Positions 49,017-63,854 are shown, counted from the first letter of the stretch. The stretch: DNA of 64,000 nt from Hemiscyllium ocellatum (GCF_020745735.1 NC_083416.1:53283131-53347130); one strand, 5' to 3'. Notes: generated by a model not told the origin, from the sequence alone. Made by a program: numbers and translations.

Positions 49017-50329
49017 TTTTAAATTTTTAAAAAAAATTTTAAAGTTGATGTGTTATGATCAGTAATGCTGAAAGATATGTCCTGCCAACTGATTATGACA
49101 ATCAATGGGTCAACAATCATTATATCAACAGTATCTTTGATTTGTTTACAAAAAGAAATTTGGTGAATTACTCAATCACCAGAATGTAATCATGTCCTTG
49201 GACATGGAATATACCAGTCAAAATTGCACAATGGCTCAGAAGAAATCTTGTATGTAAGGAGAAGTTCTCTTGATTGATATAGTTGGTGGAGTTGACACGC
49301 TTTATGCAACTTGCTCAGTTGAGTGATATCAATATCCTTGTTAGGTCATGTTGGAGAAGGATTTTAAAGAGGAGTTTGAGTCCTGTGTTTAGCAACTCAA
49401 ATTTAGAGCTCTTTACCAATTCAGCATGGGAGAAATCATTGGAAGTCATACCTTTCCCAAAAAGTACAGGTTATTTATACATACTGCATTACAATGGTTA
49501 CATGCAACATTGGCATCTGTGCTTGCCACCTTCCCTCCAACCTATATGCCCAATCCATGAATACATGATCATTGATGGACAACTTCATGGTCAACTCTAA
49601 GTCTCCCATCATCTCATGATGTTTGCCAGAAGCACTATCAACTGGCCTTGGGCTCTTACAATACAACTTATTGACCACATTCCAACACTAACTATTACGT
49701 CCCTTCCCAGATATTTACCAACTGCTGGTACTCTTATTAAGGTTCTCAAAGGGTGTTTATCGAAACCACTGTTTGTATACAGGGCTGACTGCCTACAGAA
49801 ATCTGATTAAAATTTCCAGTGTCTAACACATTTAAACTACTAATACTGTGTGAATATGTGCCTTCCTTAATATGTAATTACAATTATTGAAAAGGCCTCA
49901 TCTAAGGTGGGTCAAGCTTTCCCCTTTCTATTTCATATAAAAATTGAATACTTAAAATTAGCCAGTTTCCATCTGAGTTGTCTGACCAGAGTTTTACAGT
50001 CTACATTCTGGCCCCATCTTACTGAGACTCAGAAGTATTTCATTGCCTGGCTGTGAAGGCCATGATTTGACCTACATGAAATGCTGCCTCAGGTACAATA
50101 TTTTCCAACCATCTTGTATCAGTTTAAAAAATCATAAGCCACCATTTTGTGTCACATACAGCAATGGACTGCTACAACAGGCTACTATATGGATTCAAAT
50201 GTCAACCCTCAGATTTTTTTTTGTCTGTGCTTATGTAACTTATATGTACATGATCTTGCATGTTTTAAAGTCGAGCTTATGGAATTAAGTCTTCATGTTT
50301 GAATATTGCATTCTTGGGGAGTGCTATGA

Positions 50330-53060
50330 ACAATGTAGGAAGTAGAAGCAGAAATAGGCCAATTTTCCCCTCAAGCCTATTCTGCCATTCAATAAGTTGA
50401 TGTCTGATCTGTTTATATATCAGATTCCACATTCAAATCTACCCTTGATAATCTTTAAGTCTCTTGTCTAACAAGAATGCATCTACCTCTGCCTTAAAAT
50501 ATTTAATGACACCACTTCCACCACCTTCTCCGACGAATCTGCTGAGAGAAGCAAAATTTTCATTATCTCTGTCCCAATAGAATGATATCTGATTTCAAAA
50601 CAATGCCCTTAGTTCTGGACTCATCAACAAGAGGAAAGACCCTTCCCACACCCACTACATTGACACTATTCAATATCTTATACATTTCAATTAAGCCATT
50701 CCTTACTCTTCTAAACTCCAGTGGGAACATGCCCAACCTGTCTAACCAATCCTCATGGGACAAACTGCTCATTCCAAACATCAATCTAGTAAGCCTTTTC
50801 TGAAATTCCTCCGATGCTTTTACAATCTTCTTAAATAAGAAGGCAAAATTTGCATACATTATTTGAGATGTGGCCACACCAAAACTCTGTGTAATGAAGC
50901 ATAACATGCTAGCTTTTATGTTCAATTCCTCTCATAATAAAGGATAGTAAACCATTAGCCTTCTTGATTATGTGCTACATTTTTTTGTACTCATGCACAA
51001 GAACATCTTGGTCCCTCAGTACCTCAGAATTCCACGGTTGTTCAAAGTGACACTCTGCTTTTTTAAAATTCTTCTTGCCAACTTCATATTTTTCCACATC
51101 ATACTCCATCTGTTGGCTATTTGCCACTTCTTCAACTTGAGAATATCCAGTTGTAAATTTCATATGCCTTCTTCACAAAATATTTTTGCGTTGTGGGTGA
51201 ACTTTCCCTTTCTCATCAAAGTACTTAATGTAAATTGTAAGAAGTTGACACCTCAGTTCGAATCTCTGGGGTCTCTACATGTTATACACTATGCCAGGCA
51301 GATGAAAACTCATTTAGGCCTATCTGCCTATTTTCTGCCTATCCTCTACTCTTATATCCATGCTAATATGTTAACTCCCTGCACCAAGAGTTTTAATTTT
51401 CCATAATAACCTTTGATATGACAATTTATCAAATACCTTCTGGAAATCAAAGTACAGTACATCCTCAGGTTCCCTTTCAGCCACAACTCATGATACTCAT
51501 TCAGAGAAGTATAATAAACCGTTTAAACATAATTTTGCTTTCATGAAACCATGCCGACACTTCCAAATTACCTAGAGTTATTGTGAGTGCCCAGCTATAA
51601 CCTCTTTAACGATTGGTCCAAATATCTTACTCACAAGATGTCGTGCTAACTGACCCATAGTTTCCTGTTTTCTACCACCCTCACTGCTACATTCCAATCT
51701 GATGGAATCTTTTCTGAATCTAGGGAATTTGGAAAATAAACACCAATTTATCTACTCTCATTAGTCACCTTTTTTAAGTTCCTAGGATGAAGTACAATTA
51801 GCCCCAGAGACTTGTCAGTTCAAAGCTCCACTAGTTTAAGTAGTACTACTTCCCAAATGATTGTTATTTTACTATGTTCTGCTCTCCCTTCCATTTCCTG
51901 ACTTACCTGATTACTGAAATTTTTTTTTATATCCTCCAATGAGAAGGAAGAAGCAAAATGTTTTTTTCACAATTTCCTTATTATCTACTATTAACTCTAC
52001 ATTCTCACTCTCTAAAGGATCTTACTTTACACTTATTTCTCTTTTAAATACCTGCAGAAACTCTTGCTATCCATTTTATAAATCTTGCCAGCTTTCTCTC
52101 AGATGCTAATTTATTTATCTTAATTTTCCATTTAGTCAATTTCTGCCATTTTCTACATTCTGACCAATCATCTCACCTGCCACTTTATTTGCAATTTCCT
52201 TAAGTTTAATACTTTCTCTAACTTTTTTAGTCAACCATGGATGGTAGGATGGGGTCCTCCCTTTAGAAGTTACCTTTGTTGGTACTTATTCTGATCATTC
52301 TAAACTATCTCTTAAATATCCCATTGCATCTCTATTGGTCTATACCGTAGTCTGGTATGGCAGTTCACTTTAGCTCAATCAGCTTTATTGCCCACGTAAC
52401 TGCCCTGATTTAACTTTATACACTATTCTTAGACCCAATCATCTCCCTTGCAAGCTGAATGTAAAAGCCAATTTCTTTGTGGTCACTTCTGCCTAGGAAT
52501 GCCTTGAGTCTGAGAACACTGGGATGTTTCATAATATCAAATCTAATATAACTTGCACTTTGGTTAGCCCCAGGAGATACTGCTGTAAGAAACCACCTCA
52601 GAAGCATTCTATGAACTCCAAGCTATTCCAGTTAACTTGATTTTTCTAGCTTATTTGTTGATTAAAATCATGCTTGATTATTGCCATAATTTTGTCATAA
52701 GCACCCGATTTTTATCTTGCATACTTTGCCCTATGTTGTGGCTACTGTTAGGGTACCTATAGACTACACCCACTAATACCTTCTTTCCCTTACTATTACT
52801 CATCTTCATCCAAATCAATTCTACATCCTAATCTCCTGAACCAAGGGCATCTCTAACTATTGCACCAATGCCATCCTTGATTAACAGATCTACCACTCCA
52901 CCTATTCCTATCTTTCTGTTTTTTAAAAATGTAATTTCTCCTTCATATTCAGGATCCAGGCCTTATCCATCCTTCAATCATGTCTCTGGAATGGCTATTA
53001 GATCATATTTATTTACTTCAAATGCAATATCAATTATTTTACTTTGTTATGAATGTCATA
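50330..53060 (-). mobile_element. Old degraded CR1 LINE (endonuclease to RT)
   Basis: LDRLGMFPLEFRRVRNGLIEMYKIL and FLGRSDH. Confidence 0.8.
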
Positions 53061-53099
53061 CAGATTCCTAGAGTCTAGTTCATCTCAGAATGACCAAAA

Positions 53100-54480
53100 T
53101 AAACCTACTATAAAGGGGACCTGTTGGATGCATTCAAGTCATGAATTGTTGATGATCTTTCTGAGTTGTTGCAGTTGACATAACTTGTTGCATCTGCTTT
53201 GCCTGGCCGTGATTAAATTGTATGGGATTAATCTCATGCTCGCGAGTCCTTGCTGTTGCAGGTGATAGATGTATTACTTCACTGATCATTAGATTATTTA
53301 GACCATGCACCCTGGCCATCAATCCACTGAAGTAAAACATTTCAGATGTTAATCCAAAAGTCCCATATTGGCAATTAAGATAGTTAATGCCACTATATGG
53401 GATGTTGGACTCATTGTAAGCAACTCATTGGTTTGGGCGAATCACAATACATTGTGCCAGCTTTCAAAGTACATCTCATGTATGTTGCACCAAGAGAAGG
53501 TATCTGCACTGGCATCAGTGTCAACCTTGACATTTGTTGCATGTTGTCTATTCCTTTTGATATATATCATTTGAATGGAGGTAATAGCTGCCATTTCTAT
53601 GATGGTGTCTATGTGATGTGCAAACTTTGGCATATGTACTGACTAACTGGTCTCTGTAATCTGCAGCCTGCAGTTACATCTTGGACTTTGTTGACATCCT
53701 TGTGTGCTATGGGTGGAACTTTGGAAATTATTTAGCGTTGTTCCTTGGTTGTGTTTTCTTCACATGCTGCTGTGTAATATTAGAGTGTAATTTGAATTTT
53801 CCAGGAAGTTGGGCTTCCTAAACATTTTAATCCAAAGTCATCTTGTGAAAAATAGCTTACATTCTCCGGAAATACTGAAAACTGTTCAGATGACAAGCAA
53901 TGTCTCATATATTCTACTGAAACAAGTGATGACTGCAATATTTTGTTCTGATATCACATTGCTGGCCTGTTTCAATTGCTTCCTACTTGCATTTTTCTCC
54001 TCTTAAAGCAATTTTTTTTAGGTTTGCATGAAGGCGCTTTTCTATATAAATTGGTCAGTATAGCAGCAATGACTAGTTCCATAAGCCTTTCAACTAAATT
54101 AGTTTTGGTGAAATCACATTCCATCCCCATGTGCCAACAATTACCTATGAATTTGTTAATTATTTCACCTGGCTATTGGAGGTATGACATGAAAGAGCAA
54201 GGTGAAGTACTCACTTTAATTCAATACAGGTTTGTAGTTTTTAATTTAGGTTCTGGCACTTTAGTCTTCTTTGTAACTACATTCCTGAATGTGGATAACT
54301 TGATTGATGAAAAAAGACTTTTCACAACTGATATTTCCTTGTCAGCCTTTAGCATCTATATACTGCTACTAAGAGTCATGAATAGTTTTTAGTGTCCACT
54401 TACAGCCCCAGGCATTTCCATCTTGATGGGGTTTCCTATATGTGAGCCCACAAAACATAGGGCCATGTTTTTGTTGAGTC
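53100..54480 (-). mobile_element. Gypsy LTR-retrotransposon gag-protease relic
   Basis: Gag-like ..PGEIINKFIGNCWHMGMECDFTKTNLVERLMELVIA. Aspartic-protease-like VKVDTDASAD (cf. DTGA). Many stops. Confidence 0.6.
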
Positions 54481-54899
54481 AGGCATATTGAATTTATCAA
54501 CAATACTAATTATTTAAATGCTGACCATATTACAAACCTACATACTTAGTCTGGTTTTGGTGCTGTTTGATGTTTCTGTACGTTATATATAGTTGTATGG
54601 CTGAAGATACTACACTAACTCCATTACACAGCAGGAGTGACTGAAAGTGAGAATACCTTCATACTGGAACATCACATATCGTAATATAATTCTTTAATAT
54701 ACACAACGCTTATCTGGTCTGGAATCTGTGTAATAATACAATCCTGTTATCATTTTAAACAGCTTGATTAAATTAAATTCTCTAACTATTTAAGCTGGAG
54801 GAAATATAATTAAAATTGATGTAATCTAGAATTGTGATTTTTATTGAAATTCAAAAGTAATGGTTTCAGTTTTCTAAAAGTGTAATTGCATCAAATTGC

Positions 54900-55455
54900 A
54901 GCTCCTACATTGGACTCACATTCTGATGAAAAAGGTACTTCAAAGGACTGAGAGAGGTGGTGAGCTAGTGCTGAATATCATCAGTCAGTAGGTGGAACTT
55001 GACCCAACATCTTGAATGATATGTATGACAAAAATGGATCAAGCAATGAGAAACTTCAGTTAGGAGATAGAAGTTGGGACAGTTCTCCTTGGAGAGCTGA
55101 AGATTAAGAGAAGATTTGATCAAGGTTTTCAAAATCATGACTGGGCTGGATAGAGTAGAATATGAGAAACTTCCACTTTATAAAGGGAACAAGAATAAGA
55201 AGGCATAGATTTAAAGTGATTTGTTAAGGATGCAAAGGTGATATGAGAAAACACATTTTCACTCAGCAAGTAGTTAGTATACAGAAGTGTGGTAAACAAT
55301 TGACATATTGAAGATGATGATTATTTGGATAAAAGTAATGTGCAATTGTCTGGAGGGAAAGCAGGAAATGATGCTCATTTGAAGAGTTGGTGCAGACACA
55401 ATGGGCTGAATGACTTCTTTTTGCATTGTAAGACTTCTGTGGTTCTGTGATTCTG
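54900..55455 (+). mobile_element. Old CR1 3' fragment
   Basis: KLGQFSLES*RLREDLIKVFKIM and tail (TTCTGTG)n. Confidence 0.7.
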
Positions 55456-58400
55456 AAGGAGAACTATACTGTAACGGTAAATATATAGTGAAGTGAAATG
55501 AGGTGCCAAGGTCAGATTGTTTGGAAGATCTAGAGGTGGTGGTTTGGGTTACAATTCAGTCTGGGCATCCAAGTTGCTTTGCAACAAACATTGAAGCCTG
55601 GAGCTCAGAATAGTGATGCTAGAGGCCCAAATGATCTTTCCATCATTTGGCTGATCAGGAATCACTCCTGTTCCATCGCCTCCCATTGGCATATGTTGGA
55701 TAGATTTGAAGATTGCCAGTCAACCTCTTTGAATGCATTATGAATGCATTCCTTGGCCATCAAGCCTTAGAGTGGGACAGGGATGCTTCCTGCTGCACCA
55801 CAAGGCCTCAATCTGGAGTTAAAATGGAAACAGGAAAATAATTCCAAGGTTAGAGAAGCTTTTGTTATGATTTGGTGGGTAGAGTGGAAGAAATGTTCAG
55901 CTCATGTCTCAAGCCAGATTTCACACATATACACATAATTGTGTAAACTAAAATGACTGCACAATAACTAAAATAGTATGAATGTAATCATATGATGAAA
56001 TTGATTGAAAATTTCTATTAGTGATCCCACATTAATGTTTAATTTTCTTGTTAGCTTTCCCTTGTCTTCTGGGAAGTAGAAATGATTAAGTGATTAATTT
56101 TAAACATTTTTAAAGTTCCCTTCCTCAGCTGAAACGCTTGACTTCAATTCAATCTTTTTTAGGGTAATGATGAAATGACTGCTCCCTCTCATAATCTCTA
56201 ATTACAGAGATAGTCCTGATTTAATTGAAAACTCTAGTTAAGTCTTTAAATGTCTGAGCTTCTGAGAATATTTCTATTGAATGTTGAAAATTGATTCCAA
56301 TTAAAATAGATATAGTCTGGCATCAACAGCCTAATATTTACCAGGAAATGTAGTGGTGCAGGATAGTGGGGTATATCCTTAAGTTGAGGACCACAGCCAC
56401 CCTGTTGACTTTAACGGAATCTTATTTTGTTTTTTTCTGTTTCCTGCTCAACAGCCAATCAAATTGGGAAGCCAGCAAACTGTAGGACAGGGAAGTCAGT
56501 GACAGGAATTTGCAGTCGAAGGATCCATGGGGAAAGGCTCACATTATTATGATTTTGAGTTGTGTTTAAGTGGAGTGGCTATGATCATAGGGAAGGCAGG
56601 AAATGAGGGGTCACTGATTGTAGCTGGAACTAAGACAGGTCTTATTAACACATGGGAATACTGAAGTTTCCATAATACCAGCAGGGGCACCTCCTAGTTC
56701 CCTTTTGCTAGGTGGTTTGGAACCCTGTGAATTCTTGTCTGTAGGAGCTAAACGTAAATCAGACACTGACTTCCTCAACAAGAAATTAAATTGAACAGGT
56801 GAATGGATTGCCTCCTTAGAAAACACCTGCACAGTTTGAAACACAGTGCAGTCCAAGTGGCAATGGACACAGGTTAGACATGCTTCTGCATTTTTAGAGT
56901 TTTTTTCTCCTTTCCAACCTATTTCCATTGTGATGTGTAGGAGGAGGAGGATAATTAATTGTGAGGACTAGACTTCTTGCCTAAGTCAGAACACAAGTAG
57001 GTCAGATTGCATTTAAAGAAAAAAGTTGCACATAGTTTCTCAGATACCTCCTTGCAAAGACCATGAAAGATGCTTTGTGTATTTTAGTTGCTGTTTCCCT
57101 TAAAGGTTACTAACATTGCATATTTGAGGGTTGATAATGTGATTGCATCCACTCAATCTACTTGTGAGTTTTGGGAGTATATATTCCTTAATATCATGAG
57201 GAAATTTTTACCTTTTTCCCTGTGTCCTAGAGGGAATTGAGTGAAGCTTTGCCAAATTACATTTATGCTTCCATCACTCATACCAACTGATTGAATTCTA
57301 CTGACATTTTCAACAGTACCAAAATTATTTTGTTTGATTACCTGGCTTCATAATTTATCTCTATAAACTTCAGTCCATTTATTACAAGATATCTAATAAG
57401 CATTTGTCCACAGAAATTGTTCAATTGGCATTAACTGCTTCTGCTGGCAGTCTGCCTTGAAAATGCGCTTATTTTCTGTTTCCGTTAAAAATTACTAACG
57501 TTACATATTTGAGGGCTGATAATATGATTGCAGCTGTCCAATCTACTTGTGTGTCTTGGGTATATATTCCTGGAAAATGAGGCTCCGAGCCATGAGATCC
57601 ACAACACACTGAGGTGATCAACATACCCTTGCGTGGGCAGCGAACGTAAAAGAGTGTAAAGTGTATTACCCATTCATTATATATGATTTCCATTTAAATA
57701 AATCACCTGCACTGATGCTGAAGGGGAGATGATCTTGAAGTGAAAAACACTTTTGACATTTCTACCTTTAGTCCTTCTGCACATAGTACTGATGTATATA
57801 CATATTACAATGTCTTCTATTTTCATTCTTTTTGGGCTCACAAATGCCCTCTTTTCTCCTGACCCATGGCCAGTGTCGTTTTCCATATGCTGTAAAAATT
57901 CACAAAGGAGAGTCAGCAACTTTTCATTGATTTTAGGTGTCAGATAATGAGAGTCTATTCCTGTTATGTTGTGAGAGATTACCCCAGGGTGCCATTAAAT
58001 TATGCAGGTAAGCTGGTCTTGCTTTATGTCATAAGGCATGTGTGATAGAAAGTCTGAATTTTACCAAAAATCAGCGAAGTGTCAATTTGGAGAGTCTCAT
58101 GTAGGGTTTCTCTCCATGAGTTCTAAACATCTTTTAGCTGCTCACCTCATTATATACAAACACGTCTCCATGGTCCTGTGCTTGCTCTATTATATGCTCA
58201 CCTGACATAAACGTACTCACCATTGCTGAGACCTTCTGGGATTTCCACTAGCTGTGCACCACCTCAAATACTGCCAGCTACTAACAGCCATTCACAATAT
58301 GTGTGGAAAGGAAATTAAAGAACGAAAAGTTTCTGATGATACATCGGGGCCCCTTCATTGGAAATAAAGCTCACATCTGTAAATGTATTGCGACTTGACA

Positions 58401-60459
58401 TCATCACTGACTGATCGATCACCATTGGAATGGCAGCTACAGAAACCACATTACACAGACTACACACCCTTAGTACTGTTTCCTTAATGCCCAGTGTAGC
58501 ATATATCTTCTCATTGTTTTGTGTGAGAGCCTCACATGTTGCAAAATCTTCAAACATTTGAAAGTTTTATTGAACAGCAACAAAATTGTAGGAAAAAATA
58601 CTTGGAACTATATTATTATTACTTCACTGTCACTGGGTCAAAATCCTGGAATTCCCTCCCCAAGAAAACAGTGTTTGTATGTGCAGCACATGGACCTGCA
58701 GCAATTCAAGAAAGGAACTCAACAATTAGGGATGGGCAATAAATGAGGTCTTGGCTGTAATGCTCACTTTCCAAGAAAAAACATGAGAAAGAGCTTCATC
58801 CTTATCTTGAATTGAGTAGGATAAGGTGTCAGCATTGTGCATTGATGTTGAGGGCACCAAATTCTGAATGTGATCAAACAGACACCAACATCAAATGACC
58901 CAGCCGTTATAACAGCCCAGGCCTCACGTTGCTAAGATCATGGCTGACAATTTTCCCTCATTCATAAAACTTGTCTTGAATAAAAATCACTCCTTGAGAA
59001 CTTGCTTTGATATTTTAGTAATTTAAAATCCATGATATATTCTCACAAACTATATCAGAATTAATGAAATAGAGGCTGGGCAAGACATGAGTCATGTTCA
59101 AACAGATTCTGAGTCATAACACATTATGAATCTAACATTTGTGTTGATGTCAGTAATGTATTTGAAATAATTTATTGTAATTTCATATCAACTGGAGTCA
59201 TATTTTGAAGCTTTTTGATCTCATCACTCAGTATGACTCAGTGAGAAATGTCAACTCAATCTCCCATTCAAGCTGTTTAGCCTGATAAATGAATTAACAA
59301 AATGATAGAACAAATATTTCAGTGTCAGTGCAGAGCAGATTTACACCTATAGCCTTTTTCCTTTTCTAAATCTCTTGCATTTTGACTTCTGTTTGATTAA
59401 CATTTCAACCAACTCATCCTAATTAGCTGTTAACAAGAAAGGACAGCATTTCTCCCAAGACCTAGTTTGAGTTTACATACCTGTACACACAACATATACA
59501 AAGGAGGTGTGTGTTTATTTGTAAGTCAGTTATTGGAGAAAAAATATTCAATAAGGAATACTTTAAATATTTATTTAACCTGATATGAACATTTGAAAAA
59601 ATTGTGCATTTTGTTCAGATTTAGTTTCACAAAGTAACATCTTCAGCCAACAACAACTATCCAGAAAGATTGAGTTTATTCACACGTCCTTCAAAGATAC
59701 TGGCCTAGTATTTCCAAGCAGCAATTTGCAGAAATTTGTGAAAGTTGGCATGGATCCTTCAAAAAAACTACCAAGAAGATAGCAACATCAATGAAGGAGG
59801 CCAATATTGACAGTCAACTATCTTGATGGCATTACTGCGGTCTGCCACATTTCAAGAATATCCATTGCATAAGTAGCCAGCAGAGGTTGAAATTTCATAG
59901 AATGTGTTATGGCACAGAAAGAGGAGATTGGGAACAGCATGGTTACACTCGATCTCCAGATGTGTGTCATGACTTAGTGTCATTCTCCTGTCTTTGCCCC
60001 AGACACTTCTACATTGTTTACATTTAAACAATCCTGTTATTTGGAGGAATCATAGACTGTCAATGTCAGCTAAACTCTACTTCCATCTTCAACCAGGGAT
60101 CTCAAGATCAATATAGGTACACCCATTCAAGATGACAAATGTACAGAGACAACAGGAAGATGATTAGATGAATGGTAGAGTAGGAAGAGCTAAGAGAGAA
60201 TGATAAGGAAACAACCTTCACTTCCTTGAGGTGTCAGAAATAGCTGCTCTTGGCATAGGCACCCATATGACCAAAATCCCAGGAATTTTTGTGGTTCAGA
60301 AACATGGATGATATTGTGAAGACAATCTTCTTTCTCTTAGTGATCGGTATAGTAAAGTCTCTAATCAACTGTTAGTGATCGTTAATTGGACATCATTTGG
60401 GAGTTTAATTGTATTCAGGTGATGGGCAATATATTTGGAGACTCACCTGGTCAAGATTT

Positions 60460-62675
60460 AGATTAGAACATAGAACATAGAAGGATACAGCGCAGTACAG
60501 GCCCTTCGGCCCTCGATGTTGCGCCGACCGAGTCCTACCTAACCTATACTAGCCCAATAACTTCCAAATGCCTATCCAATGCCCGCTTAAATGAACATAA
60601 AGGAGAGTTCACCACTGATACGGGCAGGGCATTCCATGAACTCACAACCCGCTGTGTGAAGAATCTACCCCTAACATCTGTCCTATACCTACCACCCCTT
60701 AATTTAAAGCTATGTCCCCTAGTAACACCTGACTCCATTAGCGGTAAAAGGTTCTTAGTATCTACCCTATCTAAACCCCTAATCATCTTGTACACTTCTA
60801 TCAGATCTCCCCTAAACCTTCTCTTCTCCAATGAGAACAGCCCCAAGTGCCTCAGCCTTTCCTCATAAGATTTTCCTACCATTCCAGGCAACATCCTGGT
60901 AAACCTCCTCTGCACTCGTTCTAAAGCTTCCACATCCTTCCTATAGTATGGCGACCAAAACTGCACACAATACTTCAGATGAGGCCTCACCAGAGTCTTA
61001 TACAACTGCAACATGACCTCAGGACTCCGGAACTCAATTCCTCTGCCAATAAAGCCCAGTACACCATATGCCTTCCTCACAGCACTATTTACCTGGGTGG
61101 CAACTTTCAGAGATCTGTGTACATAGACACCAAGATCCCTCTGCTCATCCACACTACCAAGTAGCCTACCATTAGCCCAGTAATCCATCATCTTGTTATT
61201 CCTACCAAAGTGAACGACTTCGCACTTAGCTACATTGAATTCCATTTGCCACATTTCCGCCCAGCTCTGCAACTTATCTATATCCCGCTGTAACCTACCA
61301 CTTCCTTCCTCACTATCCACAACTCCACCGACTTTTGTGTCATCCGCAAACTTGCTTACCCAGCTTTCAAGTCCTTCCTCTAGATCATTTATAAAGATAA
61401 CAAAAAGCAATGGTCCCAAAACAGATCCTTGTGGTACACCGCTAGTAACTGCGCTCCAAGATGAACATAGTCCATCAACTACTACCCTCTGTCTCCTTCC
61501 AGCCAGCCAATTCCTAATCCAAACCTCTAATGTATCCTCAATGCCATACCTCCGAAGTTTTAGCATTAGCCTACCATGGGGAACCTTATCGAACGCCTTA
61601 CTAAAATCCATATACACAACATCTACTGCTTTACCCTCATCCACTTCCATAGTCACCTTCTCAAAGAACTCAATAAGGTTTGTGAGGCACGACCTGCCCT
61701 TCACAAAACCATGCTGGCTATCCCTGATCACGTTATTCCTACCCAGATGTTCATAAATCTTATCCCTTACCATTCTCTCTAAGACTTTGCCCACCACTGA
61801 AGTCAGACTCACTGGCCTATAGTTACTAGGGCTATCCCTACTCCCTTTCTTGAACAATGGGACCACATTCGCTATCCTCCAGTCCTCTGGTACTATTCCC
61901 GTTGACAATGACGACATAAAAATCCAGGCCAATGGCTCTGCTATCTCCTCCCTAGCTTCCCATAGGATCCTGGGGTAAATGCCATCAGGCCCAGGAGACT
62001 TATCTATATTCATCCTTTCCAATATTCCCAAAACCTCTTCCCTGCATATTTCCAGGGCATCCATTCTAATTATTTGTGATTCCATATTCACATCAGCAAC
62101 AGTGTCCTGTTCCTGAGTGAATACTGATGAAAAGTACTGATTTAATGTCTCTCCAATCTCCTCCGCCTCCACACACAACTTCCCACTACTGTCTTTGACT
62201 GGACCGATACCTACCCTAGTCATCCTTTTATTCCTGACATACCTATAGAAAGCCTTTGGGTTTTCCCTAATCCTACCAGCTAAAGACTTTTCATGTCCCC
62301 TTCTCGCTTCTCTTAGCTCCCTCTTTAGCTCCTTCCTGGCTACCTTATAACTCTCAATCGCCCCTACTGAACCTTCACGCCTCATCTTTACATATGCCGC
62401 CTTCTTCCCTTTCACAAGGGACTCCAATTCCTTACTAAACCACGGCTGCCTCACAAGGCCCTTTACACCATGCCTGACTGGTACATACCTATCGAGGACA
62501 CGCAGTAGCTGCTCCTTGAACAATCCCCACATCTCATTAGTGTTCTTCTCTTGAAGCCTGTTTTTCCAATCCACACAACCTAAGTCATGCCTCACTGCAT
62601 CATAATTTCCCTGCCCCCAGCTATAGCTCTTGCCCTGTGGCGCACGATTATCCCTCTCCATCACTAAAGTAAAAA
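60460..62675 (-). mobile_element. Young 5'-truncated CR1 (HER1-like) LINE with uninterrupted RT ORF (60544-62664, 706 aa)
   Basis: KSPGPDG, NYRPVSLTS, QHGFVKGRSCLTNL, YMDFSKAFDKVPH, SGVPQGSVLGP and KFADD. 3'UTR ends (TTCTATG)n. Endonuclease domain missing. Possible short TSD AGATTA (60460 and 62675). Confidence 0.95.
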
Positions 62676-63854
62676 GATTATTGTAGACCTGTTGATAAAG
62701 TTTTTGGTGATTTCAGTCTGGGGCTTTTATAGCCATATGACTGACAATAATTGCATTCTGGATATCCGGGGACCTTAAAAAAGTTGATATCACAGTCTTT
62801 CTTTCCCAGTTTTTTTTAAGATCAAAGTAGAACTGAGTGAATTTAGAGACATGCCTGCACAAGCACTTAAAACCTAATGGACTGATGCAACTAACGCCAC
62901 TCATGGTCATCCAAAAGCATCTAGAAACATAAAAATATAAAGTGCATTTGTTTCATCGTCATTGTCATGGCAGTGCTTTTAGAGGGAAAAGCCCATAAAT
63001 GTCAGATTCCAATAACTGACACACCACTATAACAGTATCAGGGGTGAAGTACAGTTTCTCAGATACGGATTGTAGGAAGAATCCAGATTGGTTCATTGTG
63101 AAATGTAAACCCTGTCACAAGGATATATGTGATCAGACAGCGCCAATATACATTGTGCTCATGCACTTGAAGTTATGGTGTAAATCTTGTTGAATGCCAG
63201 AACAGACTAGTGATAAGGAATAGCCTATTCCTATTTGTTTGATCCTTCGTATAGAAATTAATTCTCTTTACACAATAGCAACAAATACACCCTCAGAATG
63301 AATTACATCATCTCATTTTGCACATATATTAAAATTAATACCAATAGCTTTACAAATGATGTTTATTTTATGAAACTGCAGCCTGGTAGATTTGTTGCAG
63401 AGTAATAGTGCTGTTTGACCTTTCACTTGAGGGGCACCATGCATTCACAGTGCAATTTATAATGGCACCAGTTTTTGGAGATATCAAGTGGATGGAAAAG
63501 AAATGAAATTACATGTGCAATACCGGGCAACCAGCAATGCCCATGTCTCACGCGTAGGAAACAAAAATTGGTCATGCCTGAATTTTAATTGTGATAGCTT
63601 GTATTTCCAAATTATGAGATCAAAGTCACAGAAGAATCAAGAGAGAGGGATAATTGTGTTTATTTGTCAGTGTGGAGAATGGGCAAAAGTCTTTCTCCCT
63701 ATTTAACTCGCCAGAATGTCTGAAGAAAACCTCAAAATTAATATTTTTAAGGAGAATCCTGGTTTTCAAACGTCACTTAGATGAAGAAGCTTTGGAAGCA
63801 TGAGATAGCAGTAAAGAAAATGTAAAAGCAAAAGCTAGGTACTAAGTTTTGGTT

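Noticed and set aside
49200-49810. Possible Gypsy integrase remnant (FARSTINWP)
   Set aside because: The motif is too short and the orientation ambiguous, so it cannot be supported without a search.
59619-59880. Possible plus-strand exon or P-element-like peptide (GLVFPSSNLQKFVK)
   Set aside because: Short, stop-interrupted and with no partner exons. Compatible with chance.
61235-61756. 173-aa plus-strand ORF
   Set aside because: It is the antisense shadow of the CR1 RT ORF, commonly seen in these elements.
60544-62664. 706-aa ORF as a host gene or novel RT system
   Set aside because: It is a typical CR1 ORF2 RT with a LINE 3' tail. The start is just the truncation point.
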